From an uncultured Nitrososphaerota archaeon (GTDB lineage Archaea; Thermoproteota; Nitrososphaeria; Nitrososphaerales; Gagatemarchaeaceae): a stretch of 64,000 nucleotides of DNA. The notes below the pieces were generated by a model. That model had not been told where the DNA came from. It worked only from the letters and a program-made list of their open reading frames with translations, and did no database searches. The DNA is taken from the NCBI GenBank assembly GCA_963703285.1, contig OY969807.1, forward strand, positions 1,504,001 through 1,568,000, given 5' to 3'. The position numbers were made by a program, and so were the translations under genes. Below, piece after piece: positions 1 to 10,026 of this stretch. How positions within the stretch are numbered: the first letter of the stretch is position 1; each line of letters begins with the position of its first letter.

Positions 1-94
1 CGCAGACCCGGTGCTTGAAAACCTAGTGGGCCGGACGCAGGGCAAGACATTATAGACTTAATGCTGACGCAAAAGGCATCCTCGTGACCCGCCG

Positions 95-295
95 TTGACG
101 GAACAAGAGACGTCAACCCTTGAATCTCCAGAGAGGTCGGAAGCAACCGAGGAGCTCTACGAATGGTTCTGGGACAAGCTTCAGAACAAGTGGATCAAGG
201 TGACGTCGAAGAACAGCCAGGGTAGGCGGTGCGGTCGCTGCGGGTGCAGCTGTCCCTGCACTTGCGCAGACTGTCTCTACCAGTGCTGCTCCTAG
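95..295 (+). CDS. Small Cys-rich protein (metallothionein-like or RiPP precursor-like)
   Basis: 66 aa with a TTG start; C-terminus CGRCGCSCPCTCADCLYQCCS has 9 Cys in 21 aa; TTATA at ~50-54. Confidence 0.5.
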   Translation: MTEQETSTLESPERSEATEELYEWFWDKLQNKWIKVTSKNSQGRRCGRCGCSCPCTCADCLYQCCS

Positions 296-310
296 GGCTC
301 GCGTGGGCAT

Positions 311-832
311 TCATCCGATCTCTTCGACCCTCGAGGGAAGGCGGAGGTACCATCTCAGGAGTTCCCGGGCCCAGGGAGACAGTTTTCCGCCATCGTCGTC
401 GACGAGCCGACGCAACCGTTCGGCATCGACCGCGACGACCTCCTCAATCTCTGACGGGTCTGGCTCCACCCTCCCGGCGTATTCGGAGCGGAAGAGCACC
501 GAAACCATGTTGTCGGCGGGTCCATAGGCCATCCTGAACTTCAGGACCCTCGAAATCGGTAGGCCTTCGATCCCAAGCTCCTCCTTCAGGCCACGGCTCG
601 CCGTCTCCTCGAAGGTCTCCCCCGATCTGGAGTGCTCCGATACCGACAAGTCCAGTGTGCCGGGGGACTTGTCCTTCTTCGGCGAGCGCAGCTGCAGGAG
701 GAGCTCTCCCCGCGAGTTGAAGACGAGGACGTGGGCCCCCCGGTGCCAGTCACCCGACGAGTGGACGTCTCTCCTCGTCGCGGTGCTGACGGTGGTCCCG
801 TCCCTGTCGACGACGTCGACGACCTCCTCCAT
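311..832 (-). CDS. NUDIX hydrolase (IPP isomerase type 1-like)
   Basis: HRGAHVLVFN...LLLQLRS..K..PG and Nudix-like box GETFEETASRGLKEELGI. Confidence 0.85.
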   Translation of the reverse strand: MEEVVDVVDRDGTTVSTATRRDVHSSGDWHRGAHVLVFNSRGELLLQLRSPKKDKSPGTLDLSVSEHSRSGETFEETASRGLKEELGIEGLPISRVLKFRMAYGPADNMVSVLFRSEYAGRVEPDPSEIEEVVAVDAERLRRLVDDDGGKLSPWARELLRWYLRLPSRVEEIG

Positions 833-906
833 GGGACGCTCCGTCGGGGTCTTGGGGTGATAAGCCTTGGCGTGGTCGGCGATTCATCGGCGCAAGGACG
901 GGTCCA

Positions 907-1500
907 TCACGCGCCGCTCCCTAGGTCCCTCATGACCTCCGAGTAACCCGTGACCGTCCCCCTGGCATCCTTCACTTCAGAGAGCTCCGTCCTGTATCGG
1001 GTGGTGTAGCAGTCTCCCGCCTTCCTGATCTGGAACGCCTCGTAGGCCGCGTTGACCCGCCGCTTGTACTCGTCCTTGACGTCGGAGAGGACTCCGACCA
1101 GGCCGTCGGTGGCCCAGCCGCCCCTGGACGCGTGCATCTCCATGGCCGACCTGACGAGCGCCCCCGCCGTCTGAGCGTAGACCCAGTAGCGGAACTCCTC
1201 CTTCCAGAAACCCTTCTCGACCATATTCTCCGGGACGACCTGAATCAGCCGCGTGAGGGCGTAGTTGAGCCGCCCCAGCCAGGCGCCTCTGTGTCCGGAG
1301 GTTCCGCTCCGACTTCCGAATACCTCGAGAGCGAGGCCCCTGGCTGGACCGGGTACGCCTCGAGGCGTCTTTCCCCCTTCGAGCTGGAGCAGGACCCCGC
1401 CAATGGCGACGAAGCTACGCCTGTAGTAGACCGAGACCTCCGTCTCGTTGTTCGCTCCGCGGCCGAGCGCATCGCTGATTTCTTCTGCCAGGGCGTCCAC
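907..1500 (-). CDS. Hypothetical protein
   Basis: 197-aa ORF with coding-like composition and no recognised motif. Confidence 0.6.
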   Translation of the reverse strand: MDALAEEISDALGRGANNETEVSVYYRRSFVAIGGVLLQLEGGKTPRGVPGPARGLALEVFGSRSGTSGHRGAWLGRLNYALTRLIQVVPENMVEKGFWKEEFRYWVYAQTAGALVRSAMEMHASRGGWATDGLVGVLSDVKDEYKRRVNAAYEAFQIRKAGDCYTTRYRTELSEVKDARGTVTGYSEVMRDLGSGA

Positions 1501-1630
1501 CTTCTAGTCGATTCGGGGCCTCTCCTCCCTTGAGATGTAGGGCATGATGGGGGTGGCGTAGATTAGTTACTTAGAACTTGGCATTGAGGTCTCACAACGC
1601 TTTTTACTTTCGGCCCTCTTCGGCTATGAG

Positions 1631-2026
1631 ATGAAGGCCTACCTCTCCGTTCCAATCATCGCCAACAGGTCGGTGGACACCGCCCACCTGATGGCGGAGG
1701 CGATCAGGACATCGGGTCACGAACTGACATCACCCTGGGTGCTGAACGACCTGGAGACGAGGCCGTCCGAGTCGGTCAACATCTTCTCGAGGGACAGAAT
1801 GGCCGTCGAAGACTGTGACGTGCTCGTCGCGGACGTATCGAAGCCCAGCACGGGGGTCGGCATGGAGGTCATGACCGCCTTCAAGGCCGGGAAGAGGATC
1901 GTCCTCGTCGCACTAGCGGGAAGCACGATCACGCGGATGCTCACGGACATGGAGGAGGCGGAGTGGGTCTACTTCACCGACGAAGCCTCGTTGCTCAGGG
2001 GTCTCGCAGAGAAGCTGAAGCAGTAG
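1631..2026 (+). CDS. Nucleoside 2-deoxyribosyltransferase / DNPH1-Rcl family
   Basis: KAYLS...RD..AVEDCDVLVADVSKPSTGVGMEV motif; TTTTTA box at ~1601. Confidence 0.85.
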   Translation: MKAYLSVPIIANRSVDTAHLMAEAIRTSGHELTSPWVLNDLETRPSESVNIFSRDRMAVEDCDVLVADVSKPSTGVGMEVMTAFKAGKRIVLVALAGSTITRMLTDMEEAEWVYFTDEASLLRGLAEKLKQ

Positions 2027-2579
2027 CCCGGACCCGAGCGGTCCGGCGCGCCGAGGGAACGCCTGCGCTCTCTCCCAACCCTTCGATCTTGAGCCTGCGG
2101 AGCACGTACCGCGCGGCCGACTCCGCCGTCCGCCTGTCGGAGTGGACGAAAATGGCCCTCTCAGGCTTCTCGAAGGCCGCGCTCAGACGGTTAAACGAGG
2201 CGTCGGGGACGCTTGTGTTCCTCTGCGAGTTCCTCGCCCGCGCTACCTCCTGGTCGCAGAGAACGCAGACGATGATGGAGGCCGAGCAGTACCTCGCTAG
2301 CTTCCTCTCTGCCTCGGCCCTGTAGTCGTCCTTGAGGAAGGTGGCGTCGAGGATTGCGTCGTAGCCTCTCTTGAGCGCCTCCCGCCCTATCAGGAACATC
2401 GATTGGTAGACCAGCTTGGACTCGGCCGCCGTGTAGGAGGGGGTGGGGATCATGAAGCGAAGGGTGTCCGTCTGTATGTGGATTGCGGACCCGATGGCCC
2501 CTGCGACGATGCGCGCGATAGTCGTCTTCCCGCTGCCGGGTATCCCGCAGAAGATCAGGAGGCGTCCTTTGGTGCTCGT
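1995..2579 (-). CDS. P-loop kinase (AAA_33 family)
   Basis: The frame of ORF 1995..2453 stays open upstream through LLIFCGIPGSGKTT (Walker A); ILDATF Walker B; the only start-like codon is ACG at 2579, ~25 nt after a TTTAATAA box. Confidence 0.8.
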   Translation of the reverse strand, partial: TSTKGRLLIFCGIPGSGKTTIARIVAGAIGSAIHIQTDTLRFMIPTPSYTAAESKLVYQSMFLIGREALKRGYDAILDATFLKDDYRAEAERKLARYCSASIIVCVLCDQEVARARNSQRNTSVPDASFNRLSAAFEKPERAIFVHSDRRTAESAARYVLRRLKIEGLGESAGVPSARRTARVRATASASLRDP

Positions 2580-2780
2580 GTCTCTAAACCGGGCTACCCC
2601 CGTTATTAAAAACTGGCTCGCGGGGTCGGCTTGCAGTTGTTACAGGTAGTTACTGCTGAAATGAACGGCGACGTATGCTCTGAGTATAAAAAGTGGATGA
2701 AACATGTTCCATTGGTAACATATTGGCAACATGAAATGTATGGCAACGGCACAAATATCTAGTGTTCCGCAGAGTCTCCC

Positions 2781-4616
2781 ATGAGGACTAAATCGGGCGT
2801 TAGCACCCCAGTGGCAATCATCGCCATTGTGGTTGCGGTTATAGTTGTAGGGGCGGGCGTTTACGCCGTCTCCAGCGCGGGCAACCACACGGTCACCTCG
2901 ACCTCGGTCTCGACGGCTACTTCGACAGCCACTTCGACGGCTACATCCACCGCCACTTCGACCGCTACTTCGACAGCCACTTCCACGGCCACAACCACGG
3001 TCACCCCTACCACGTCGTCTTCTGAGGTCACGGCGCCACCCCTTGTCGTCCAGAGGAACGCAGCCTACAGCGACGCCGACCCCCGTGACACGTCCTCAAT
3101 CGATGTTGTACAGCAGTCCTACGAGACGCTGACCTACCTCACGGCTAACGGGACGGTGATACCAGGGCTGGCCACTTCTTGGAAGTCGATAAACGGAAGC
3201 ACCTGGCAGTACACCCTGAGGCAGGGAGTCACCTTCCACGATGGCACGGCGTTCAACGCGACGGCCGTTCCCTTCTCCATCGCGAACACGATTCTGTGGG
3301 GCGGCGGAGACGCGCCCGACGTCTGGGCTAACTTCGTAAGGGCGAGCGTCGTAAGCACCTACGTGGTCGACCTGACCTGGAGCCAGATCATCAACGCTCC
3401 GATAATCACGTCGGCGGCCTACTCCGGCTTCATCTTCAGCCCCAACATCCTGAAGTACGCAGGGTTGCCCGACACGACCACCAGCCTCACGACAGGCCTC
3501 CACACGTGGTTCAACAACTACAACGACGACGGCACAGGGCCCTACATCATCAGCCCAACCGCATCCAGCCTGGCCAAGGGCATCTGGGTGCTGAATGCGT
3601 ACCCGAAATATTGGGGCGGATGGAAGCCGGGACAGGTCCAGCAGATCACCTTCGATGAGGTGACCAACGTCAACACCGCCATCCAGCTGGCCACGGAGGG
3701 ACAACTCGATGTGATAGGCGTCGGAGGCGCGTTCCAGTACGTCCCGCAGCTTCTCTCGGCGGGCCTCAACGTCGTCTCGGGTCCGACACACGGCTCGATA
3801 TGGCTCCTCTTCAACACCCAGCACCAGTACCTCGACAACGCGGCGGTGAGGCAGGCGCTGCTCACTGCGGTCAACTACCAGCAGATACTGCAGGAGGCCT
3901 ACTACGGCTACGGAATCAACTACAACGGAGCGATAAACCCCGGGCTCGCCTTCTACAATGCCAACGCGCCAGGGTACCCAGTCGCCGGCAACCTCACCCA
4001 GGCCAAGGCGATGCTGGCTGCGGCGGGCTACCCGAACGGGCTACCCAACCTGCAGCTCACGCTGACCTACTCCACCGGGAGCCCGTTCGAGGCGACCATC
4101 GCGTCACTGCTGAACACCTACTGGCAGCCCCTCGGCGTGACGGTCAACCTCGACGGTTTGTCCTTCACCAACCAGGCGATAAAGGCGGGCTACGTCAACG
4201 GGACAGAATCTTTCGAGCCGGGACCAATCTCATACGCGTCCACGAGCAGCGCGCAGGACCTCGTCCTCCTCAACTGGAACGGCGCGACCTCCGACCCCTG
4301 GCTCGTCCCAGATGAGCTCTTCGCCATACAGAACGCCCCCTACCAGAACGACATCCTCTACAACTGGTCCTACCTGCAGAACACCCAGTTCACGACGCTC
4401 CTGAACCAGTTCAGCGTCGACGAGGCGACCAACCCGACGGCGGCCGCCAGCGACATCACCAGCCTCGACACCATGTTCTACAACCTGGCACCGGGAGCGG
4501 CGGTGTTCCAGGGCGAGCAGATCTGGGTCGTGAGCCCGCACTGGCACGGAATAGTCATGAACCCCAACTACTCGTTCGACTACTTCTTCTACTACGCCTG
4601 GACCTACTCCCCTTAA
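2781..4616 (+). CDS. dppA: Peptide/nickel ABC transporter substrate-binding protein (family 5)
   Basis: YETL...PGLATSW...TLRQGVTFHDGTAFNA signature, DGTGPY; class III-like signal peptide KSG-VST; Thr/Ser linker. Confidence 0.93.
   Translation: MRTKSGVSTPVAIIAIVVAVIVVGAGVYAVSSAGNHTVTSTSVSTATSTATSTATSTATSTATSTATSTATTTVTPTTSSSEVTAPPLVVQRNAAYSDADPRDTSSIDVVQQSYETLTYLTANGTVIPGLATSWKSINGSTWQYTLRQGVTFHDGTAFNATAVPFSIANTILWGGGDAPDVWANFVRASVVSTYVVDLTWSQIINAPIITSAAYSGFIFSPNILKYAGLPDTTTSLTTGLHTWFNNYNDDGTGPYIISPTASSLAKGIWVLNAYPKYWGGWKPGQVQQITFDEVTNVNTAIQLATEGQLDVIGVGGAFQYVPQLLSAGLNVVSGPTHGSIWLLFNTQHQYLDNAAVRQALLTAVNYQQILQEAYYGYGINYNGAINPGLAFYNANAPGYPVAGNLTQAKAMLAAAGYPNGLPNLQLTLTYSTGSPFEATIASLLNTYWQPLGVTVNLDGLSFTNQAIKAGYVNGTESFEPGPISYASTSSAQDLVLLNWNGATSDPWLVPDELFAIQNAPYQNDILYNWSYLQNTQFTTLLNQFSVDEATNPTAAASDITSLDTMFYNLAPGAAVFQGEQIWVVSPHWHGIVMNPNYSFDYFFYYAWTYSP
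2913..2993 (+). repeat. 12-bp coding tandem repeat (about 6.7 units) encoding a TATS linker
   Basis: ACGGCTACTTCG ACAGCCACTTCG ACGGCTACATCC ACCGCCACTTCG ACCGCTACTTCG ACAGCCACTTCC ACGGCCACA. Confidence 0.9.
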
Positions 4617-4642
4617 CTAGGGTCGAGCCTAGATAGCTGGGC

Positions 4643-5698
4643 TTGAACCTAGGGGCCTACATAGTCAGAAGAAGCCTGCTGGTAGTGGTGGTGGTCCTGG
4701 GGACCATCACCATCACGTTCTTCCTGTCGCACATCGTGCCCGGCAACCCGGCGGTGCTCTTCGCAGGCCCCCAGTCGACGCCCCAGGAGGTTGCGCTGTG
4801 GACGCAGAGGCTCGGACTGAACAAGCCCCTTTACGTGCAGTTCGGGATCTACCTGAAGAACGTCCTCACCGGCAACTTGGGGGACGCCTACTCGTTCTCA
4901 AATGACCCCATCCTGCCCCTCATCGAGCAGTCACTGCCCAACACCCTCACCCTGGCCGGGCTCGCGACGGCCGCGGCGGCGGTCATCGGGATCCCGCTGG
5001 GCATCGAGTCGGCGAGGAGGGGAGGCGGAAAGCTCGACTCGGTCCTCAGGCTGTTCTCGGTCGGCTTCGTGGCGATCCCCCAGTTCTGGCTGGCGCTCAT
5101 CCTGCAACTCGGGTTCAACGTCGACCTGCACCTCTTTCCCCTCTCCTCATATGGGGGATCTCTGCTCTACATCCACCTCCACCCGATTAAGACTGTAACC
5201 GGGTCGTACCTTATCGACGCGGCGCTCACGGGCAACTGGTCGGGCTTCACCCACGTCGCCTGGTCCCTGGTGCTCCCAGTTACGGCCCTCGCGCTGTACC
5301 CAATCGGCGTGGTCATAAGGCAGACGCGCAGCTCGATGCTCGGGATTCTCAGCGAGAACTACGTCAGGACTGCGCGAGCTTACGGGCTGAAGGAGAGGGA
5401 GATCAACTACAGGTACGCGTTCCGCAACGCGCTACCCCCGATTCTCGTCATAATCGCGCTCATCTTCGCCGGGTCGATTATAGGAGTGGTCTTCGTCGAG
5501 GACGTCTTCTCCCTGTATCCGGGGATAGGACCGATGGTGGCCCAGTCCACCGGCACGGGGATAACCTCGAGCGCGATTGGAGCCGTCGACTACCCTCTGG
5601 TCCTCAGCCTTACCATAGTCATCACGATAATCTATGCTCTATCCAACTTCATGGCAGACCTTCTCCAGATCTACTTTGACCGCAGGCTCATCCGGTGA
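4643..5698 (+). CDS. dppB: ABC transporter permease (DppB/OppB)
   Basis: PGNPA, GLNKPLYVQF, ENYVRTARAYGL EAA-like loop. Confidence 0.93.
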   Translation: MNLGAYIVRRSLLVVVVVLGTITITFFLSHIVPGNPAVLFAGPQSTPQEVALWTQRLGLNKPLYVQFGIYLKNVLTGNLGDAYSFSNDPILPLIEQSLPNTLTLAGLATAAAAVIGIPLGIESARRGGGKLDSVLRLFSVGFVAIPQFWLALILQLGFNVDLHLFPLSSYGGSLLYIHLHPIKTVTGSYLIDAALTGNWSGFTHVAWSLVLPVTALALYPIGVVIRQTRSSMLGILSENYVRTARAYGLKEREINYRYAFRNALPPILVIIALIFAGSIIGVVFVEDVFSLYPGIGPMVAQSTGTGITSSAIGAVDYPLVLSLTIVITIIYALSNFMADLLQIYFDRRLIR

Positions 5699-5704
5699 TG
5701 CCCC

Positions 5705-6691
5705 TTGAACATCTGGTCGCGGTCCTCGCTTCGCGCAGATGCGGGTGGGATATTCAGGCTACTCCACACCTTCAGGAGGCTGGCGAAGGACCCCTTCTTC
5801 ACATTCGCATTCATTGTCGTGGCGACGATGGTCATCGCCGCCGCGGGAGCCCCGTGGCTGACCCCATACCCGAAGCAGGGCCTTGGGTTCGCGGCCGAGC
5901 CTCCTCCTCAGTGCCCGGGGGTACCCACGGCCATCGCGGGCGTCTGCCCCCCCTCGCTCGCGCACCCGTTCGGTACGGAACAATTGGGCAGGGACCTCCT
6001 GACCAGGATCGTCTTCGGCATGCGGACCTCCCTCCTCGTCGGGGCCTACACCGTGGCGCTGGCCGTGGCCATCGGCCTCGCCGTCGGGCTGAGCGCGGCG
6101 TTCTTCGGCGGCTGGATAGACGAGGGGCTGATGAGGGTGACGGACATCTTCCTCTCCTTCCCTCACCTCATCCTGGCCCTGGTGATCATCGCGACCATCG
6201 GGCCCGGGTTCACGAGCGTCTTCATCGCCCTGGGGGTCACCTGGTGGCCTTCCTTTGCCCGCCTCGCCAGGGGGAAGGCCCTCGCGGTCAAGCAGCAGAA
6301 CTTCGTCCTCGCCGCCAGGGCCGCCGGCGCGAGCAACCGGTCCATAATACTCAGGCACATCCTGCCGAACTCGCTCGCGCCCCTGACGGTCCAGATGAGC
6401 CTCGACATGGGGATAGCGATACTGGCGGAGGCGGGACTCAGCTTCCTCGGTCTGGGCATCAGGCCCCCCACAGCCGACCTCGGGGTGCTCATCTACGAGT
6501 CGGAGTACTTCCTGACCACTGCCTGGTGGCTCGCGCTCTTTCCAGGTATAGTCCTCGTTCTGCTCGTCCTCTCCTTCCTCCTGATAGGCGAGAGAATCAA
6601 CACATATCTAGACCCACGGCTCTCCCAGCTCTCGATGGTTAGGATGCCCTCCCTGTCGCCAGCGTTGAGCGAGAACCAGCCCCAGCGGTAA
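5705..6691 (+). CDS. dppC: ABC transporter permease (DppC/OppC)
   Basis: HPFGTEQLGRDLLTRIVFG, FVLAARAAGAS, EAGLSFLGLG. Confidence 0.93.
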   Translation: MNIWSRSSLRADAGGIFRLLHTFRRLAKDPFFTFAFIVVATMVIAAAGAPWLTPYPKQGLGFAAEPPPQCPGVPTAIAGVCPPSLAHPFGTEQLGRDLLTRIVFGMRTSLLVGAYTVALAVAIGLAVGLSAAFFGGWIDEGLMRVTDIFLSFPHLILALVIIATIGPGFTSVFIALGVTWWPSFARLARGKALAVKQQNFVLAARAAGASNRSIILRHILPNSLAPLTVQMSLDMGIAILAEAGLSFLGLGIRPPTADLGVLIYESEYFLTTAWWLALFPGIVLVLLVLSFLLIGERINTYLDPRLSQLSMVRMPSLSPALSENQPQR

Positions 6692-6697
6692 TCCAGA

Positions 6698-7681
6698 TTG
6701 AATTTGCTCGACATAGCCGGTCTCAAGCTCTCCTTCTATACCGAGAGGGGGAGGCTGGACCTGTTCACTTCGCTCGACTTCTCGCTGGGGGAGAGGGAGA
6801 TCGTCGGGATAGTCGGGGAGAGCGGCTCCGGCAAATCGACGCTCGCCTACGCCATAATTCGCCTGCTGCCGGCGAACGCGAGGATCCTGGGCGGGGAGAT
6901 AAACTTCGAGGGCAGCTCGCTGCTGCGGCTGAAGGAGAAGGAGATGGCGAAGGTCAGGGGCAGGAGGATCACCATGGTCTTCCAGGACCCCGGGACGTCG
7001 CTCAACCCCCTCTTCAGGGTGGGGGATCAGATGCGGAGCGTGCTCAAGTCGAACGTCGGGCTGGAGGGGGCGCCCGCCAGGCAGCACTCGGTCGAGCTTC
7101 TCAAGGAGGTCGACCTGCCCGACCCCGAGGGGGTCCTGGACTCCTTCCCCTTCGAGCTCTCGGGTGGGATGCAACAGCGGGTGATGCTCGCCATGGCCCT
7201 CTCGGCGAACCCGCGGCTCATCATCGCGGACGAGCCGACGAGCGCGGTAGACGCGACCATCCAGGCGCAGATCCTGAAGCTCCTCCTCAGGCTGAAGGCC
7301 GAGCGGGAGTTCTCCATGATTCTGATAACGCACTCGATCGTGGCGGCCCGCGACGTCTGCGACAGGATCGTTGTGATGTACGCCGGAGACATAGTCGAGG
7401 ATGCCGGGGTCTCGAGCCTCGTCTCCGACCCGAAGCACCCCTACTCGAAGGCGCTGCTCAACTGTATACCCGTTCCACGGAAGCCCGGCGACGCCAAGGT
7501 GCCGCTGCCGGTGGTTCCGGGGCAGGTCCCAGACCTCACCGATCCGCCCGCAGGCTGCAGGTTCCACCCCCGGTGCCCCTACGTGATGGCGGTCTGCCGC
7601 GACGAGAGGCCGTCGCACTACCAGGCCGACGGATCGAGGACGATGTGTTTCCTCTACGGAAGCGGGGGTGGTCCGCGATAG
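6698..7681 (+). CDS. dppD: ABC transporter ATP-binding protein (DppD/OppD)
   Basis: GESGSGKS, LSGGMQQR, IADEPT, C-terminal GCRFHPRC. Confidence 0.95.
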   Translation: MNLLDIAGLKLSFYTERGRLDLFTSLDFSLGEREIVGIVGESGSGKSTLAYAIIRLLPANARILGGEINFEGSSLLRLKEKEMAKVRGRRITMVFQDPGTSLNPLFRVGDQMRSVLKSNVGLEGAPARQHSVELLKEVDLPDPEGVLDSFPFELSGGMQQRVMLAMALSANPRLIIADEPTSAVDATIQAQILKLLLRLKAEREFSMILITHSIVAARDVCDRIVVMYAGDIVEDAGVSSLVSDPKHPYSKALLNCIPVPRKPGDAKVPLPVVPGQVPDLTDPPAGCRFHPRCPYVMAVCRDERPSHYQADGSRTMCFLYGSGGGPR

Positions 7682-8676
7682 CCAAGGCGCTCGTCGTCGA
7701 GAACCTCGTCAAGGAGTTTCCGCTGAGGGGCGGGCTGCTCAACCGCGTGAAGGGGGGAATCAAGGCGGTCGACGGCGTCTCGTTCGAGGTCGAGGAGGGC
7801 ACCACGTTCGGGATAGCGGGCGAGTCGGGCTCGGGGAAGAGCACGCTCTGCATGACCATCGCCAAGCTCCTCGAACCGACGTCGGGGAGGATAGTCCTCG
7901 ACGGGAAGGACTACGGCGCCGCGAAGAAGGAGGAGCTGCGCGAGCTGAGGTCGAGGCTCCAGATAGTCTTCCAGAACCCGGTCTCGTCGCTCGACCCCCA
8001 CATGACGGTGGGGACGATAGTCGGGGAGCCGCTGAAGGCGCTCCGGAGGCTCCCGGACTCCGAGAGGGAGGCTGCGGTGCGGGGGCTCCTGGAGAAGGTC
8101 GGGCTGGCCCCGTCGCTGGCGGGCAGGTATCCCCACGAGCTGAGCGGCGGACAGGCCCAGCGCGTCTCGATCGCCAGGGCGCTCTCGGTCAGCCCCAGGG
8201 TCCTGCTGCTCGACGAGCCGACGTCGGCCCTCGACGCCTCCGTCCAGGCGCAGGTCCTGAACGTCTTCAACGAGCTGCAGAAGGAGCTCGGAATCGCTTA
8301 TCTCATCGTCTCGCACGATCTCTCGGTGATAGGCCACATGTGCGACCAGGTGGCGATAATGTACGCGGGGAGGTTCGTGGAGACGGGCACCTACGAGGAC
8401 GTCTTCTACTCCGCCAACCACCCGTATACGGCCGCCCTCCTCGGGTCGGCCCACATGCTGGACGATCCCTCCCTCCAGGACCGGTTCGAGCTCAAGGGAG
8501 ACATCCCCAGCCCGAGGAACCCGCCGCCGGGGTGCACGCTGAACCCCCGCTGCCGCTTCGCCTCGCAGGTCTGCAGAGAGGAGTACCCCGCGACGGTCGA
8601 CGTGGGGTCCGACCACCAGGTCGCCTGCCACAACAAGGAGGCCCTCGTGGCTGCGAGGGAGGAGGCTTCGCGTTGA
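7678..8676 (+). CDS. dppF: ABC transporter ATP-binding protein (DppF/OppF)
   Basis: GESGSGKS, LSGGQAQR, LLDEPT, GCTLNPRC; start uncertain (ATA at 7678 overlapping the dppD stop is the best candidate). Confidence 0.93.
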   Translation: MAKALVVENLVKEFPLRGGLLNRVKGGIKAVDGVSFEVEEGTTFGIAGESGSGKSTLCMTIAKLLEPTSGRIVLDGKDYGAAKKEELRELRSRLQIVFQNPVSSLDPHMTVGTIVGEPLKALRRLPDSEREAAVRGLLEKVGLAPSLAGRYPHELSGGQAQRVSIARALSVSPRVLLLDEPTSALDASVQAQVLNVFNELQKELGIAYLIVSHDLSVIGHMCDQVAIMYAGRFVETGTYEDVFYSANHPYTAALLGSAHMLDDPSLQDRFELKGDIPSPRNPPPGCTLNPRCRFASQVCREEYPATVDVGSDHQVACHNKEALVAAREEASR

Positions 8677-9248
8677 GGAACCGGACCCTCGTCGCCATAC
8701 TCATCGCCATCCTCGTCGTCGGGGGCGCGTACATCGGGCAGATGGCGGCGCGAGGGGGCACGACCACCACCGTTACGGCTTCGGGCCAGTCCGGGATTAC
8801 CAGCTACTCGGTCTGCTTCAGCCCCGCGGGTAACTGCGCTGCGGTGATATCCGCACTCATAGCGGAGGCCAACAGCTCGATACACATCGAGATCTACACG
8901 TTCACGAACACGGCCCTCGCCGACGCGCTCGTCGCAGCCAAGGACAGGGGGGTCGATGTCGAGGTGTTCATGGACGGCAGCGAGGCGGACAACGATAACA
9001 TCGCGGTCGTCTCGATCCTCAACCAGGGAGGCGTACCGCTGAAAATCTACTCGCCGCCAAACGGGATAGTCCACGACAAGGTGGCCATCATCGACGATAA
9101 GATCGTCATCACCGGGAGCTACAACTGGTCCTACTCCGCCAACGACGACAACGACGAGAACCTCCTGGTCCTCAACTCCACGAGCCTGGCCAGCCAGTAC
9201 GAGGCCAACTTCGAGAGCCTCTGGAGCCTCGTCAACGCCACGAGTTGA
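8673..9248 (+). CDS. Membrane-anchored phospholipase D-family nuclease (single HKD, Nuc-like)
   Basis: TTG overlaps the dppF TGA; N-terminal TM helix; HDKVAIID...ITGSYNWS..A...NDEN. Confidence 0.88.
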   Translation: MRNRTLVAILIAILVVGGAYIGQMAARGGTTTTVTASGQSGITSYSVCFSPAGNCAAVISALIAEANSSIHIEIYTFTNTALADALVAAKDRGVDVEVFMDGSEADNDNIAVVSILNQGGVPLKIYSPPNGIVHDKVAIIDDKIVITGSYNWSYSANDDNDENLLVLNSTSLASQYEANFESLWSLVNATS

Positions 9249-9252
9249 GACC

Positions 9253-10026
9253 ATGAAAGATTGGGAGAGCCTCTCGGACTGGTACGACAGGAAGCAGGGC
9301 GACGACGGGGACCTGTGGCACAGGGAGCTCATCGACCCCGTCCTGCTAAGGGTCGTGGGGGATTGCCGGGGCCTGAGCGTACTCGACCTCGGCTGCGGCA
9401 ACGGGTACCTCTCCAGAAGGCTGGCGAAGGCCGGCGCCAAGGTGACGGCCGTCGATGGGTCCCCCCGGATGATCGCGAATGCGAGAGCTCACGACCCAAA
9501 GAACCTCCTCGGGATAAGGTATCTTCGCTCCGACGCCGCCAAGCTGAGCGGAATCTCCAGTGCCAGCTTCGACGTGGTCTTTGCCAACATGAGTCTGATG
9601 GACATCGAAGATGCCGAGGGCGCCATCAAGGAGGTTAGCAGGGTCCTCAAGCGCCGGGGAAGGTTCGTCGCAAGCATAAGCCACCCTTGCTTCGACATCA
9701 TGTCCAACTCGAACTGGGTCGCTGAGAAGAGCTTAGGCAGACCACCGGAGGTTTCGAGGAAGGTGAGGGGCTACAGGAGGCCGTTCTTCAACGAGGTCCC
9801 GTGGAACTTGGGGAAGGACAAGAGGATGTACACGAGGTCGTACCACAGGCCCCTGAACTGGTATGCACGGAGCTTGCACGCTCAGGGGCTGGCGATAACT
9901 GCGCTGGAGGAGCCGGAACCGACGAGAGAGTTCATAGAGGAGGAACAGAAGAAGCCCGGTAGCATGGATGGCCCAGGTTTCCTCGAAGTTCCCCTCCACC
10001 TCGTCATCGAGGCGAGGAAGCTTTGA
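9253..10026 (+). CDS. Class I SAM-dependent methyltransferase
   Basis: VLDLGCGNG, FDVVFANMSLMDI, SISHPCF. Confidence 0.92.
   Translation: MKDWESLSDWYDRKQGDDGDLWHRELIDPVLLRVVGDCRGLSVLDLGCGNGYLSRRLAKAGAKVTAVDGSPRMIANARAHDPKNLLGIRYLRSDAAKLSGISSASFDVVFANMSLMDIEDAEGAIKEVSRVLKRRGRFVASISHPCFDIMSNSNWVAEKSLGRPPEVSRKVRGYRRPFFNEVPWNLGKDKRMYTRSYHRPLNWYARSLHAQGLAITALEEPEPTREFIEEEQKKPGSMDGPGFLEVPLHLVIEARKL

Noticed and set aside
7668-9248. 526-aa ORF as a single protein
   Set aside because: The first ~335 codons are an alternative frame of dppF; the real PLD gene starts at TTG 8673.
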